A DNA stretch of 64,000 nt from Dehalococcoidia bacterium (GCA_963667465.2 CAXXDN010000002.1:1024001-1088000); one strand, 5' to 3'. Counted from the first letter of the stretch, positions 9,462 to 18,903 are shown. Numbers and translations are program-made. Notes: generated by a model not told the origin, from the sequence alone.

Positions 9462-11204
9462 ATGACGAACCTCGCACATGAACCAGGCAGCCGGCCCGCC
9501 GAGCCACCCGGCGCCGCCGCGACGGGTTCCGGCGACGCGGCGCCGCTGTTCGACTACCTCGAGGCGGCCCGCGCGGAGGCGCGCTCGCTTGCGGAAGCCA
9601 ACCCCGCCCCGCTCGACCTGAGCGCCGAGCCGCTGTCCGCCGACGCGCACTCCGAGTTCGACGTCGCGGCCCCGGACACGCCTCAGGCCGAAGCCACGGC
9701 GCCGATGGAGGCGCAGGCCACGATGCCTGTCGAGGCGGCGGCCGAACCCGGCGCCGAGGTCCAGGAAGAGCCAGCTCCGGCGCAGGCCGGGGCGGCCCTC
9801 GATCCGGCGGCGGAAGCCAAGGCCGAAGCGCCGCCCGAGCCGCCCGAGGAGGTCGAGGCGCTCGCCGAACCTCCAGCCGAGGCCGCGGCACCGGCAGAAG
9901 CGACCGTCGAGGCAGCGACCGAAGCCCCGGCGGAGGCGGCGGCCCAAGCGCCCGCCGAGCCGGCTGCGGCGGAAGCCGAGGCGCCTCCCGAGGACACAGC
10001 CCGGAGCACCACGCCCCGGAGCAGAGCAACACGAGCACGCAAGGGATCGCGGGCAGCCCGCCAGACACAGCCCCGCAGCAGTTCCACAGGCCCACGGAAG
10101 GAGTCCGCCATGCAGAGGAACTACGACACGCTCCCGCCGATCAAGGTCGTCGGAGTCGGGGGAGGCGGCTCGAACGCCGTCAACCGCATGATTCCGGACC
10201 GCCTGCCTGGCGTGCAGTACGTGGCGCTGAACACGGACATGCAAGCCCTCGAGAACTGCGAGGCCGAACTCAAGGTTCGCCTCGGCGACCGCATCACGAA
10301 GGGTCTCGGCGCGGGCTCCGACCCGCTGCGCGGCCACCGCGCCGCCGAGGAGTCGCGCGAGTCGATCATCGAGGCGCTGCAGGGCGCGGAGATGGTCTTC
10401 GTGACGGCCTGCCTCGGAGGCGGCACAGGTACCGGGGCGGCGCCGATCGTCGCCGAGGCCGCCCGCGAGATCGGAGCGCTCACCATCGGCGTGGTCACCA
10501 AGCCTTTCGCCTTCGAGGGATCGAAGCGACGCCAGCAGGCCGAAGAGGGCGTGCGCGACCTCCAGGACAAGGTCGACACGCTGATCGTGATCCCGAACGA
10601 CCGCCTGCTGCAGGTCTGCGACGAGGCCGTGCCGATGACGGAGGCGTTCCGCAAGGCGGACGACGTGCTGCGCCAGGGCATCGAGGGCATCAGCCAGCTG
10701 ATCACCGTGCCGGGCATTGTGAACCTCGACTTCGCGGACGTGCGCCGCGTCATGTCGGACGCGGGTCCCGCGCTGATGGCGATTGGCTCCGGTCAGGGCG
10801 AGCAGCGAGCCGTCGAGGCCGCCCGCCGCGCGATCGCCAGCCCGCTGCTGGAGGTCGACATCACCGGGGCGACCGGCGTGATCTTCAACGTCACTGGCCC
10901 CTCGAACCTCTCACTGCAGGAGCTCAACACCGCCGCGCGGGCCATCGCCGAGGTCGTCGACCCGGAGGCGGAGATCATCTTCGGCGCTGCGATCGACGAG
11001 GGGCTCGAGGACGAGGTGCGAATCACGGTCGTGGCGACGGGCTTCTCCGGGATGCGCCAGTCTCTCGCCGGGTTCGTCGAGACAGGGATCGAGATCGACG
11101 TGCCGCCGCGCGCGGAGCCGGTCGCCGACACCTCGCAGCTGCCCGACGCGCTGACGGACTCCGACCTGCCGGCGTTTCTGAGGAGGACCTTCCCGAAGCG
11201 TTAG
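9462..11204 (+). CDS. ftsZ: Cell division protein FtsZ; canonical domain starts at ATG 10110, preceded in frame by a 216-aa low-complexity extension
   Basis: [32 protein letters not shown]-terminal [13 protein letters not shown] precedes ATG 9462 and AAGGAG precedes ATG 10110. Confidence 0.95.
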   Translation: MTNLAHEPGSRPAEPPGAAATGSGDAAPLFDYLEAARAEARSLAEANPAPLDLSAEPLSADAHSEFDVAAPDTPQAEATAPMEAQATMPVEAAAEPGAEVQEEPAPAQAGAALDPAAEAKAEAPPEPPEEVEALAEPPAEAAAPAEATVEAATEAPAEAAAQAPAEPAAAEAEAPPEDTARSTTPRSRATRARKGSRAARQTQPRSSSTGPRKESAMQRNYDTLPPIKVVGVGGGGSNAVNRMIPDRLPGVQYVALNTDMQALENCEAELKVRLGDRITKGLGAGSDPLRGHRAAEESRESIIEALQGAEMVFVTACLGGGTGTGAAPIVAEAAREIGALTIGVVTKPFAFEGSKRRQQAEEGVRDLQDKVDTLIVIPNDRLLQVCDEAVPMTEAFRKADDVLRQGIEGISQLITVPGIVNLDFADVRRVMSDAGPALMAIGSGQGEQRAVEAARRAIASPLLEVDITGATGVIFNVTGPSNLSLQELNTAARAIAEVVDPEAEIIFGAAIDEGLEDEVRITVVATGFSGMRQSLAGFVETGIEIDVPPRAEPVADTSQLPDALTDSDLPAFLRRTFPKR

Positions 11205-11276
11205 GTCAGGTGCGGCGGCTCGGCGCGATCCGCTGTCGAGCGCACTTGTCCACAGTCCGTAACAAATCGTTGGCAA

Positions 11277-11303
11277 GAGGGGTGGCCCGGCGGGTCGCCC
11301 CTC
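11277..11303 (+). terminator. GC-rich hairpin downstream of ftsZ (possible terminator or processing stem)
   Basis: GAGGGGTGGCCC-GGC-GGGTCGCCCCTC gives a 12-bp stem with two G-U pairs; no U-tract. Confidence 0.35.
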
Positions 11304-11485
11304 CTGCGACTGCCGGGTGCGCCGGGCGCCCGGCGCCCCGTTCGAGCGATCAACAACGGGCTTGCGGTGGCCAGTGGACACGTTCGCCACAGTCTGTGGA
11401 CTGCCGCCGTTGTCGCCTCGGCGCCCCCGGTGCTGTACTCCCCAGACCCGGAATTCTCCCACTGCTCCCCAAGGAGCCAGCATTG

Positions 11486-12019
11486 ATGACCTGCCCGAGC
11501 TGCGGCCACCGTTCCACGACCGTCGTCGAGTCACAGCAGAACGGTACGGGCGTGAGACGCAGCCGCCGCTGCGAGGACTGCAACGCCCTCTTCAGCACCT
11601 ACGAGCAGCCCGAGGCGACCCGCGTGTTGGTCCGGAAGCGTGACGGGCGCCGCGAGCACTTCCAGCGCGAGAAGCTGCTCACCAGCCTCCGCCTCTCCGC
11701 CCGCAAACGTGATCTCACCGCCGCCGCCATCGAGGCGGTCGTCGAGGACATCGAGCGGCGCATCGCCGCGTCCGACTCGACCGAGGTGCCGAGCCGCGTG
11801 ATCGGCGAGATGGCGATCGCGCACTTGCGCACCCTCGACCCGATCGCCTACATCCGCTTCGCCTCGGCCTATCGCCAGTTCGTTTCCCTGGACGACATGT
11901 TCGACGAGCTGGAGCGGCTGGAGTACAGCGCGATGCCCCCGGCCGCGCAGCCCTCGCTGTTCGACGAGCAGCTGCCGCACGCTCCTCGCCACATCGCCAG
12001 CGCTCCCTCGCTGCGCTGA
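11486..12019 (+). CDS. nrdR: Transcriptional repressor NrdR
   Basis: AAGGAG SD; CPSC..RRSRRCEDC zinc ribbon, ATP-cone (RKRDGRRE..FQREKL), AYIRFASAY. Confidence 0.95.
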   Translation: MTCPSCGHRSTTVVESQQNGTGVRRSRRCEDCNALFSTYEQPEATRVLVRKRDGRREHFQREKLLTSLRLSARKRDLTAAAIEAVVEDIERRIAASDSTEVPSRVIGEMAIAHLRTLDPIAYIRFASAYRQFVSLDDMFDELERLEYSAMPPAAQPSLFDEQLPHAPRHIASAPSLR

Positions 12020-12138
12020 GACCGCCCTGCCCGCCGCCTTCCCGGAGACGCGCCCTCGCGAGGCGCCCGCACGCCCACGACACCCCCGGGAAGGGGTACG
12101 ATCGATCGAGGCAGCGGGTGAAGCGCTTGCGCGATGAG

Positions 12139-12152
12139 CGCACGTATGTTCT
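12139..12152. promoter_or_regulatory. LexA-like (GAAC-N4-GTTC type) operator
   Basis: CGCACGTATGTTCT matches CGAACRNRYGTTCG at 12/14 positions, 42 nt upstream of the nrdJ ATG. Confidence 0.45.
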
Positions 12153-12194
12153 TATAGGCGCGCACGCTCCCCGTGGCGGAAGGGACAGCGGCTC

Positions 12195-13982
12195 ATGGTC
12201 GCCCCCACTGCGCCCCGCTCCCGGTCGATCGCGCTCTCCTCGAACGCGCGCACCGTGCTGGAGCGCCGCTACCTGCTGCGCGACGCCTCCGGCGCCGTCA
12301 CCGAGACGCCGGAGCAACTCTTCGCTCGCGTCGCGGCGGCGATCGCAGCCGTCGAGCCGACGGCCGAGCTGCGTGAGGCCTGGGCGCCGCGCTTCCTCGA
12401 GGCGATGTCGTCGCTGCGTTTCCTGCCCAACTCGCCGACGCTGATGAACGCCGGCACCGGCCGCGGCACACTCGCTGCCTGCTTCGTACTACCGGTCGAG
12501 GACACGCTCGAATCCATTATGTCGACCGCCAGGGCGACCGCTCTCGTGCAGAAGTACGGAGGCGGCACCGGCTTCGACTTCTCGCGCCTGCGCGGCGAGG
12601 GGGAATCGATCGCCAGTACGCACGGGGCCGCCTGCGGTCCCGTCTCCGTGCTCCGTCACTACGACGACGTCTCCCGGCTCGTCACGCAGGGTGGCAAACG
12701 CGACGGCGCGAACATGGGCATCCTGCGCATCGACCACCCCGACGTGCGCGCCTTCCTCCACGCCAAGGACGACGGCGTCAGCGCGCAGCGCTTCAACATC
12801 TCTCTCGCCGTGACGGATGCCTTCCTTGAAGCCGCCGCCGAGGGCGCTCCCTTCACTCTCGCCGATCCGCGCGACGGCAGCCCGCGCGGCCGCGTGGACG
12901 CGGCGGAGCTGCTGGACGAGGCGGCGCGATCGGCCTGGCTCAACGGCGACCCCGGCATGGTCTTCATCGACACGATCAACCGCGCCAACCCCACGCCGCG
13001 GATCGGCGCGATCGAGGCCACGAACCCCTGCGGCGAGGTGCCGCTGCTGCCCTGGGAGGCCTGCACGCTCGGCTCGATCAACGTCTCCGCCTTCCGGGAC
13101 GAGGCAGCGGACGACCTCGATTGGGCGGCGCTGCGCGAGACCGTGGCGCTGGCCGTGCGCTTCCTCGACAACGTGATCGACGCCAGCCCGTTCCCGCTCG
13201 AGGAGATCCGCGAGGCGGTGCGCGGCAACCGCAAGATCGGGCTCGGCGTGATGGGCTTCGCCGACCTGCTGATCGCCTCGGGCGTGCCGTACGACTCTTC
13301 CGAGGCGCTCGACCTCGCGGAGCGGCTGATGAGCGAGATCGCCACTGCGTCGAACGATGCATCGGCAGTGCTCGGCGCAGAGAAGGGCGCCTTCCCGAAC
13401 TGGGAGCGATCGGTCTACGCGGGCAGGAAGCCCTACCGCAACGCGACGCGCACCTGCGTCGCGCCGACCGGCACGATCGCGATCATCGCGGGCGCGTCCT
13501 CGGGCATCGAGCCGCTCTACTCGCTCGCCCACATGCGGCGGATGGGCGACGGGACGGTGCTGCCCGAGGTCTCGGCCGCCTTCGAGCGGGCCGCCCGCGA
13601 CGGGGGCTTCCACTCGCCCGGGCTCTTCGCGGAGCTCGCGGCGGGGGGCAGCCTCCAGGACCACCTCGAGCTGCCGGAGGAGGCGCGCCGGCGCTTCGCG
13701 ACCGCGCACGAGATCGGCTGGGAGCAGCACGTGCGGATGCAGGCCGCCTTCCAGCGTCACACCGACCTCGCGGTTTCGAAGACGGTCAACCTGCCGCACG
13801 ACGCGACCGTCGAGGACGTGCGCTCGGCGCTGCTGCTGGCGCACGAGCTCGGCTGCAAGGGAATCACCGTCTACCGCGATGGCTCGCGCGCGCAGCAGGT
13901 GCTGGCGCACGCCCCTGCGGACAATCCCGGCGAGGCGGCCAACGGCCAGTGCTGCCCGGAGTGTGGGCTCCCGTCGGTCTGA
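12195..13982 (+). CDS. nrdJ: Adenosylcobalamin-dependent (class II) ribonucleotide reductase
   Basis: FLPNSPTLMNAG, ACFV, GGGTG, QGGKRDGANMG, ATNPCGEVPL, APTGT, SKTVN, KGITVYRDGSR; no adjacent beta subunit. Confidence 0.9.
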   Translation: MVAPTAPRSRSIALSSNARTVLERRYLLRDASGAVTETPEQLFARVAAAIAAVEPTAELREAWAPRFLEAMSSLRFLPNSPTLMNAGTGRGTLAACFVLPVEDTLESIMSTARATALVQKYGGGTGFDFSRLRGEGESIASTHGAACGPVSVLRHYDDVSRLVTQGGKRDGANMGILRIDHPDVRAFLHAKDDGVSAQRFNISLAVTDAFLEAAAEGAPFTLADPRDGSPRGRVDAAELLDEAARSAWLNGDPGMVFIDTINRANPTPRIGAIEATNPCGEVPLLPWEACTLGSINVSAFRDEAADDLDWAALRETVALAVRFLDNVIDASPFPLEEIREAVRGNRKIGLGVMGFADLLIASGVPYDSSEALDLAERLMSEIATASNDASAVLGAEKGAFPNWERSVYAGRKPYRNATRTCVAPTGTIAIIAGASSGIEPLYSLAHMRRMGDGTVLPEVSAAFERAARDGGFHSPGLFAELAAGGSLQDHLELPEEARRRFATAHEIGWEQHVRMQAAFQRHTDLAVSKTVNLPHDATVEDVRSALLLAHELGCKGITVYRDGSRAQQVLAHAPADNPGEAANGQCCPECGLPSV

Positions 13983-13997
13983 GTGCGACGGGCGGCG

Positions 13998-14444
13998 TTA
14001 CCCGCCCGCCCAGGAAAGCACCTGCTCCGGCGTAATCGAAACCACCACGCGGCCCTCCTCGCGGAGGTTGCGCAGCAAGTCCTCATCGCTCAGTTCCGCA
14101 TCGCCGAAGTCGCGCCGGTACTTCGCGTAGAGCCGCGCGCGCAGCCCAAGCAGCGAGGTGTCGTCGTCGAGGATCTCCGCCTGCCCGGAGACGACGACCG
14201 TGCGGTAGGTACGTGCATCGTCGACGACGAGCGTGACGCTCGAGGCCTCCTGCAGCAGCCGGTACTTCACGCGCCGGCGCGTGATCGAGATCTGGAAGCG
14301 GCCCTCGGAGTAGTCGAACCAGACGGGTGTGGCGTGCGGCGCCGCCTGACCCTCGCCCTCGTCTGCTCCGCGCGGGATGCAGAGGATCGCGTTATGCGGC
14401 TCGGCGAGGAAGTCATCGAACTCGGGGGGTACGCGCTCCGCCAC
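13998..14444 (-). CDS. Pyridoxamine 5'-phosphate oxidase-like (PPOX class, probably F420-dependent) oxidoreductase
   Basis: GTG 14444 after GGGAG; PHATPVWF, RVKYR, VTLVVDD..YRTVVVSG, RVVVSITPE..LSW. Confidence 0.75.
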   Translation of the reverse strand: MAERVPPEFDDFLAEPHNAILCIPRGADEGEGQAAPHATPVWFDYSEGRFQISITRRRVKYRLLQEASSVTLVVDDARTYRTVVVSGQAEILDDDTSLLGLRARLYAKYRRDFGDAELSDEDLLRNLREEGRVVVSITPEQVLSWAGG

Positions 14445-14454
14445 GACTCGCTCC

Positions 14455-15675
14455 CTAGCCGCGCGGCAGCCCGAGGCCGCGCGTCGCGATGATGTTGCGC
14501 TGGATCTCGGAAGTGCCGCCGCCGATCGTCGTCGCGATCGCACCGAGGTAGCCGCGCGACCACTTCGCGCGCAGCACGGTGCGCTCGTCGTCACTGTCCC
14601 AGAGCGGCGCATAGAGGCCGAGCGTCTTCAGCGCTGTTCGCGCGATCGCCTGCACGAGTTGGTCCGTGAACAGTTTCTGCATCGAGGCTTCGTAGTTGGG
14701 CACGTCGTCGCGCAGCTGCATCGAGATCACGCGGTACGAGAACAGCCGCGCGACGTTCGATTCGGTCCAGCGGTCGGCGATCTCGCCGCGCAGCGTCGGG
14801 CTGCGCTGCGGGTCGACGCGCGGCGCGGGCTGATCCTTCTCTTCCTCGATCAGCTCGAACAGGTCGCCCAGCGTCTGCAGCATCGTGAGCGCCGAGCCAA
14901 TCGAGGAGCGCTCGAAGTCGAGGTGCGTCGCGCCGACGTACCAGCCGCGGTTGATCTCGCCCACCGCCTGGTCGACGGGGACGCGCACGTCCTCGAAGAA
15001 GACCTCGTTGAACTCGTTGCGGCCGTTGATCTGCTCCAGCGGGCGGATGGTGATGCCCGGCGTGTCCATCTCCAGCAGCAGGTAGGTGATGCCGCGGTGC
15101 TTCGGCGCGTCGGGGTCCGTGCGGAACAGGCCGAACATCCAGTCCGCGTCCCGCGCGTTCGAGGTCCAGATCTTCTGCCCGTTAAGCACGAAGTCATCGC
15201 CGTCACGGTCGGCGCGCGTGCGCAGCGAGGCGAGGTCCGAGCCGGAGCCCGGCTCCGAGTAGCCCTGCGCCCACTTGTCCTTGCCCTCGACGAAGCCGGG
15301 CAGGAAGCGCTGCTTCAGCGCGTCGCTGGCGTGCACCATGATCGTCGAGCCGACGTCGAGGACGCCTGCCCGCGGAGCGCGGTACTCGGCCAGCACCTCG
15401 TTGAGGATGAACTGCTGGTCCACCGGCAGCCCGGCGCCGCCGTACTGCTTCGGCCAGGCGGGGGCCGCCCAGCCGCGCTTGATCAGTGCGTCGCGGAAGT
15501 CATCCACGGCGCGGTCGTGTTCCTTCGGGTCCGGCCAGGTCGGGGCGGAGCCCGGCCCGCCGAGCGCGCTGTACCTGGCGTCGTCACGCAGCTTCGCCGG
15601 CAATGCCTCCTCGACGAAGGCGGCGACCACCTGCCGCCACTCGGCCTGCTCGGGTGTGTCGGAGAAATCGACCAT
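14455..15675 (-). CDS. Acyl-CoA dehydrogenase (FadE26/FadE17-like)
   Basis: WPKQYGG, QGYSEPGSGSDLASL, NGQKIWTS, LDFER, GGGTSEIQRN. Confidence 0.92.
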   Translation of the reverse strand: MVDFSDTPEQAEWRQVVAAFVEEALPAKLRDDARYSALGGPGSAPTWPDPKEHDRAVDDFRDALIKRGWAAPAWPKQYGGAGLPVDQQFILNEVLAEYRAPRAGVLDVGSTIMVHASDALKQRFLPGFVEGKDKWAQGYSEPGSGSDLASLRTRADRDGDDFVLNGQKIWTSNARDADWMFGLFRTDPDAPKHRGITYLLLEMDTPGITIRPLEQINGRNEFNEVFFEDVRVPVDQAVGEINRGWYVGATHLDFERSSIGSALTMLQTLGDLFELIEEEKDQPAPRVDPQRSPTLRGEIADRWTESNVARLFSYRVISMQLRDDVPNYEASMQKLFTDQLVQAIARTALKTLGLYAPLWDSDDERTVLRAKWSRGYLGAIATTIGGGTSEIQRNIIATRGLGLPRG

Positions 15676-15705
15676 GCCGTCCGTCCCGTCGCTCCATCGC
15701 CGCCC

Positions 15706-16608
15706 TCAGAGGCGCGCAATGATCTCCTGCTGATAGCGATCGATACCCGATCGTAGCTCCTCAATGTCCGAGCTCGCCCCGCTTTCGCGCGAGGAAACGA
15801 TCAGCCGCGAGGCGCCCAGCTCCATGTAGCTGCGCACGAGGCCGAGGTCGAGGCTGCGCGCGGCGTCCCAGCTCCCCGGCCAGACGCTGATCTCGACCTG
15901 CTCCGGGTCGCGCCCGGCCTCGCGGGCCGCGTCACGCAGATCCTCGAGCCGCGCCGCGAGGTCGCCGGGCGAAATCACGAAGGGGAAGAAGCCGTCGCCG
16001 CGTCGCCCGGCGCGGCGGGCGGCGAACTCGCTGCTGCCGCCGATGTGGATTGGGATGCCCCCGGCCCGCGCCGGCTTGGTGTCGTTTTGTACGCGCTCGA
16101 ACTGGATATGGCGCCCATCGTAACTCGCGGGGCCGGGCGCCCAGAGCGCGCGCATCGCCTCGATCGTCTCGTCAAGCCGACGGCCGCGGTCACGGTACGG
16201 CACGCCGATCGCTTCGTACTCCTCCTTCTGCCAGCCGAGGCCGACGCCGAGCAGCAGCCGGCCGCCGGAGAGCGCGTCGAGCGTCGCCGCGCGCTTCGCG
16301 AGGATTGCAGCACTGTGCTGCGAGGCGACGACCACGGCGGTGCCGACGCGCAGCGTGCTGCTGTTGGCAGCCACCCAGGAGAGCCACTCCAGCGGGTCCG
16401 GCATCACCGTGTCCGGGGTGGGCCCCCCGGGGATGCGCCCGTCGTCCGAGTAGGGATAGAGCGGCTCGTAGTCCTCGGCGATGATCACGTGCTCGACGGC
16501 CCACACAGACTCTACGCCCTGCTCCTCGAGCATCGCGGCGAGGCTCGCGACCCACTCGCCCGAGGTGATGTGCGGGCGCTGGAACGGCGGCAGGAAGCCG
16601 AGTTTCAC
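15706..16608 (-). CDS. LLM-class (luciferase-like), probably F420-dependent oxidoreductase
   Basis: SVWAVEHV, DPLEWL, ATLDALSGGRLLLGVGLGW, PIHIGG. Confidence 0.88.
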   Translation of the reverse strand: MKLGFLPPFQRPHITSGEWVASLAAMLEEQGVESVWAVEHVIIAEDYEPLYPYSDDGRIPGGPTPDTVMPDPLEWLSWVAANSSTLRVGTAVVVASQHSAAILAKRAATLDALSGGRLLLGVGLGWQKEEYEAIGVPYRDRGRRLDETIEAMRALWAPGPASYDGRHIQFERVQNDTKPARAGGIPIHIGGSSEFAARRAGRRGDGFFPFVISPGDLAARLEDLRDAAREAGRDPEQVEISVWPGSWDAARSLDLGLVRSYMELGASRLIVSSRESGASSDIEELRSGIDRYQQEIIARL

Positions 16609-17843
16609 GCGGGCGCAGCTTCGGGCACGTGCGGGGTCTCGAGGAACTTCGTGCTGAGCGGTGCGCCGACCTCGAACGGATCCCTCAGTCCCAGTTCGTC
16701 GCCGATCTCACGCAGGGCAGGCAGTACGTCGGAGCCCATCAACTCGATGCAGCGCTTCGAGTCCTCGTGGCTGACCTTGCCGTCGTTGCCCCAGAGGGCG
16801 AGGATGCCCGGCCGCGTCTCCTCGAGCAGCACGCGCAGCCGCTCGACCACCTGGTCGGGCGTGCCAGCAACGATCTGCAGGTGCTCGAGTTGCTGCTCGA
16901 AAGGCATCGCCTGCGGGGCGTCGGCACGGTTGTTGATGCGCTTCAGGGTCGGCTCGCGGTTGGCGGGGGAGCCGTAGCCCGTGGGCGAGGACCAGACGGG
17001 GTGGCCGAGGCCGGTGAACTCGCCCTGCATCCACATGTACTCGCGGGCGTTGGCGATCGCCTTTTCTTCAGTGTCCTGGACGTGCACGCGCAGCAGGTAG
17101 CCGCGGTGCTCCGGGCCGGACTCGTAGCCGACCTCGTTCGCGGACTTCTCGTAAAGTTCCCAGATCTGCTTGGTCATCTCGATCGTGGTGTTGAGGCAGA
17201 CGTAGGGGTAGCGCTGCTGCGCGCACCAGACGATCGTCTCCGGACTGGCCACGCCGGGCACCCAGATGCGCGGGTGCGGCTTCTGCAGCGGGACCGCCCA
17301 CGGATTGACGACGCGGAACTCGTAGTTGTCGCCCTCCCAGCGCCACGGGCCGGGCTCCGTCCAGGCCTTCACCAACAGGTCGTGCGCCTCGTAGAAGCGC
17401 TCGCGGTTGAAGGCGGGGTTGACGTTGTTGGCGTACTGCTCGGTGCCGGCCCCGCGCACGATCCCGGCCACCAGGCGGCCCTTCGAGATCATATCGACCA
17501 TCGCCAGCGATTCCGCTGCCTGCAGCGGGTTCTCGAGCGTCGGCAGCGGAGTGCCGAGGAGCACGATCTTCACCCGCTCGGTCGCCGCGGCGAGCACGCT
17601 GGCCCAGACGGTGATCTGCGCCTGCATGCAGAACGGCGCGTCGTGGTGCTCGTTGAGCATGATCCCGTCGAAGCCCACCTCCTCGGCGAGCTTGTATTCG
17701 ATCAACCGCTCGTTGTAGAGGCGGCTGCCGGCGACGGCGTCGAAGTGCTTGTTGGAGAAGAGCAGCGCCGTTGTGCCGTCCTCCCCGACGGCGTCTTCCG
17801 GATAGGTCGACATCGGCTGCTCGGTGAAGTACATCAGGTGCAT
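16605..17843 (-). CDS. LLM-class flavin-dependent monooxygenase
   Basis: GFDGIMLNEHH, DMISKGRLVAGIVRG, PLQKPHPRIW. Confidence 0.88.
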   Translation of the reverse strand: MHLMYFTEQPMSTYPEDAVGEDGTTALLFSNKHFDAVAGSRLYNERLIEYKLAEEVGFDGIMLNEHHDAPFCMQAQITVWASVLAAATERVKIVLLGTPLPTLENPLQAAESLAMVDMISKGRLVAGIVRGAGTEQYANNVNPAFNRERFYEAHDLLVKAWTEPGPWRWEGDNYEFRVVNPWAVPLQKPHPRIWVPGVASPETIVWCAQQRYPYVCLNTTIEMTKQIWELYEKSANEVGYESGPEHRGYLLRVHVQDTEEKAIANAREYMWMQGEFTGLGHPVWSSPTGYGSPANREPTLKRINNRADAPQAMPFEQQLEHLQIVAGTPDQVVERLRVLLEETRPGILALWGNDGKVSHEDSKRCIELMGSDVLPALREIGDELGLRDPFEVGAPLSTKFLETPHVPEAAPA

Positions 17844-17878
17844 CGGCTACCTCGTTTCGCGTCGTGCCGTTCCGTCCG

Positions 17879-18565
17879 TCACGCCTCTTCCGTCCAGCCG
17901 AGGATCGAGGAAGCGGCGGGGCAGTACACGTGCGCCAGCACCGGACTCACGATCCGCTGCGGGCGCTCCATGTCGAACCAGCCGTCCACCACGCCCCAGT
18001 GGTACGGGCTCACCATGTAGTCGACGGTCAGGCCGTCGACGGTCTGGTACTCCTGCTCCCAGACGTGCGTCCATTGCGTGTGCTGCAGCGCCGGATCGGT
18101 CCGGCTGCACGCCCAGTTGCGGATCGTGGCGATGTAGCGAGGCATGCTCATCAGCTCGCGCTCGAAGCGCGCCAGCGCTTCCGCCTCCGCACCGTCCTCC
18201 ACCCGCAGGAACAGCGTCCGCTTCACGAAGTCGCGGATGCCGGGTTCCGGAAGCTCACCATACTGCGGCGCGAAGCGCACCGCGTCGATCTGCGCAATCA
18301 CTGCCCGCGGCCCCTCGGCCTCGAAGTACGGCGCCAGCGCCGGCGAGGCCGCGACCAGCGCCGTCGCGTCGCCCTCAGGCGCCTCGTCGAAGAGCAGGTC
18401 CCACGTGTAGTCGCCCCCGCCGACGCTGCCCTCGATGTGCCGCCCGAGGTGGCCGCGCCGCGCGCCCAGCAGCTCGTGGGCCCCGGCCAGTGCGGCCTCG
18501 AACGCCTCGAGGGCCGCGCCGTTCGCGCCCTTGCGCAGGTGCAGCATGGCGACCTGGCGGATCAT
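17879..18565 (-). CDS. Dabb-family (stress-responsive dimeric alpha/beta barrel) protein, two domains
   Basis: MIRQVAMLHL and WTHVWEQEY..YMVSPYH patterns; ATG 18565 overlaps the upstream stop. Confidence 0.65.
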   Translation of the reverse strand: MIRQVAMLHLRKGANGAALEAFEAALAGAHELLGARRGHLGRHIEGSVGGGDYTWDLLFDEAPEGDATALVAASPALAPYFEAEGPRAVIAQIDAVRFAPQYGELPEPGIRDFVKRTLFLRVEDGAEAEALARFERELMSMPRYIATIRNWACSRTDPALQHTQWTHVWEQEYQTVDGLTVDYMVSPYHWGVVDGWFDMERPQRIVSPVLAHVYCPAASSILGWTEEA

Positions 18566-18903
18566 GGCGCCTCCAGTTCGGCCGCTGCGAGGAAGAGGCG
18601 CTCGCGCGAGACGGCCAGCTCCGCGCTGTCCTCCCACCACGCCGCCGCGCCCTGCTCGCGCGACTGCCGGCGCATCGCCCAGAACTCCGGGAACGACCAC
18701 AGCAGGTAGAGGTCGTTGCTCTCGTCCTGCAGCTCGAGTGGCGGCTCGATCCAGGAGCCGACGAGCGTCATCCCGCGCTCGAGCGCCAACGGCAGGTACT
18801 CCCGGGCGACCCGCTCGCGGTACTCGCCCAGGCAGCCCGGCTGCACGGTCACGCGGTCGAGGATGTAACCGCTGGTGATGCCTCCGCCCGCATCGCTGGT
18901 CAT
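18562..18903 (-). CDS. NIPSNAP-like small alpha/beta barrel protein
   Basis: DRVTVQPG..EY..YLPLALERGMTLVGSW..LYLLW; ATG 18903 coupled to the upstream stop. Confidence 0.6.
   Translation of the reverse strand: MTSDAGGGITSGYILDRVTVQPGCLGEYRERVAREYLPLALERGMTLVGSWIEPPLELQDESNDLYLLWSFPEFWAMRRQSREQGAAAWWEDSAELAVSRERLFLAAAELEAP

Noticed and set aside
11205-11485. oriC in the ftsZ-nrdR spacer
   Set aside because: Only one good box, no AT-rich unwinding element, and no dnaA/dnaN nearby.
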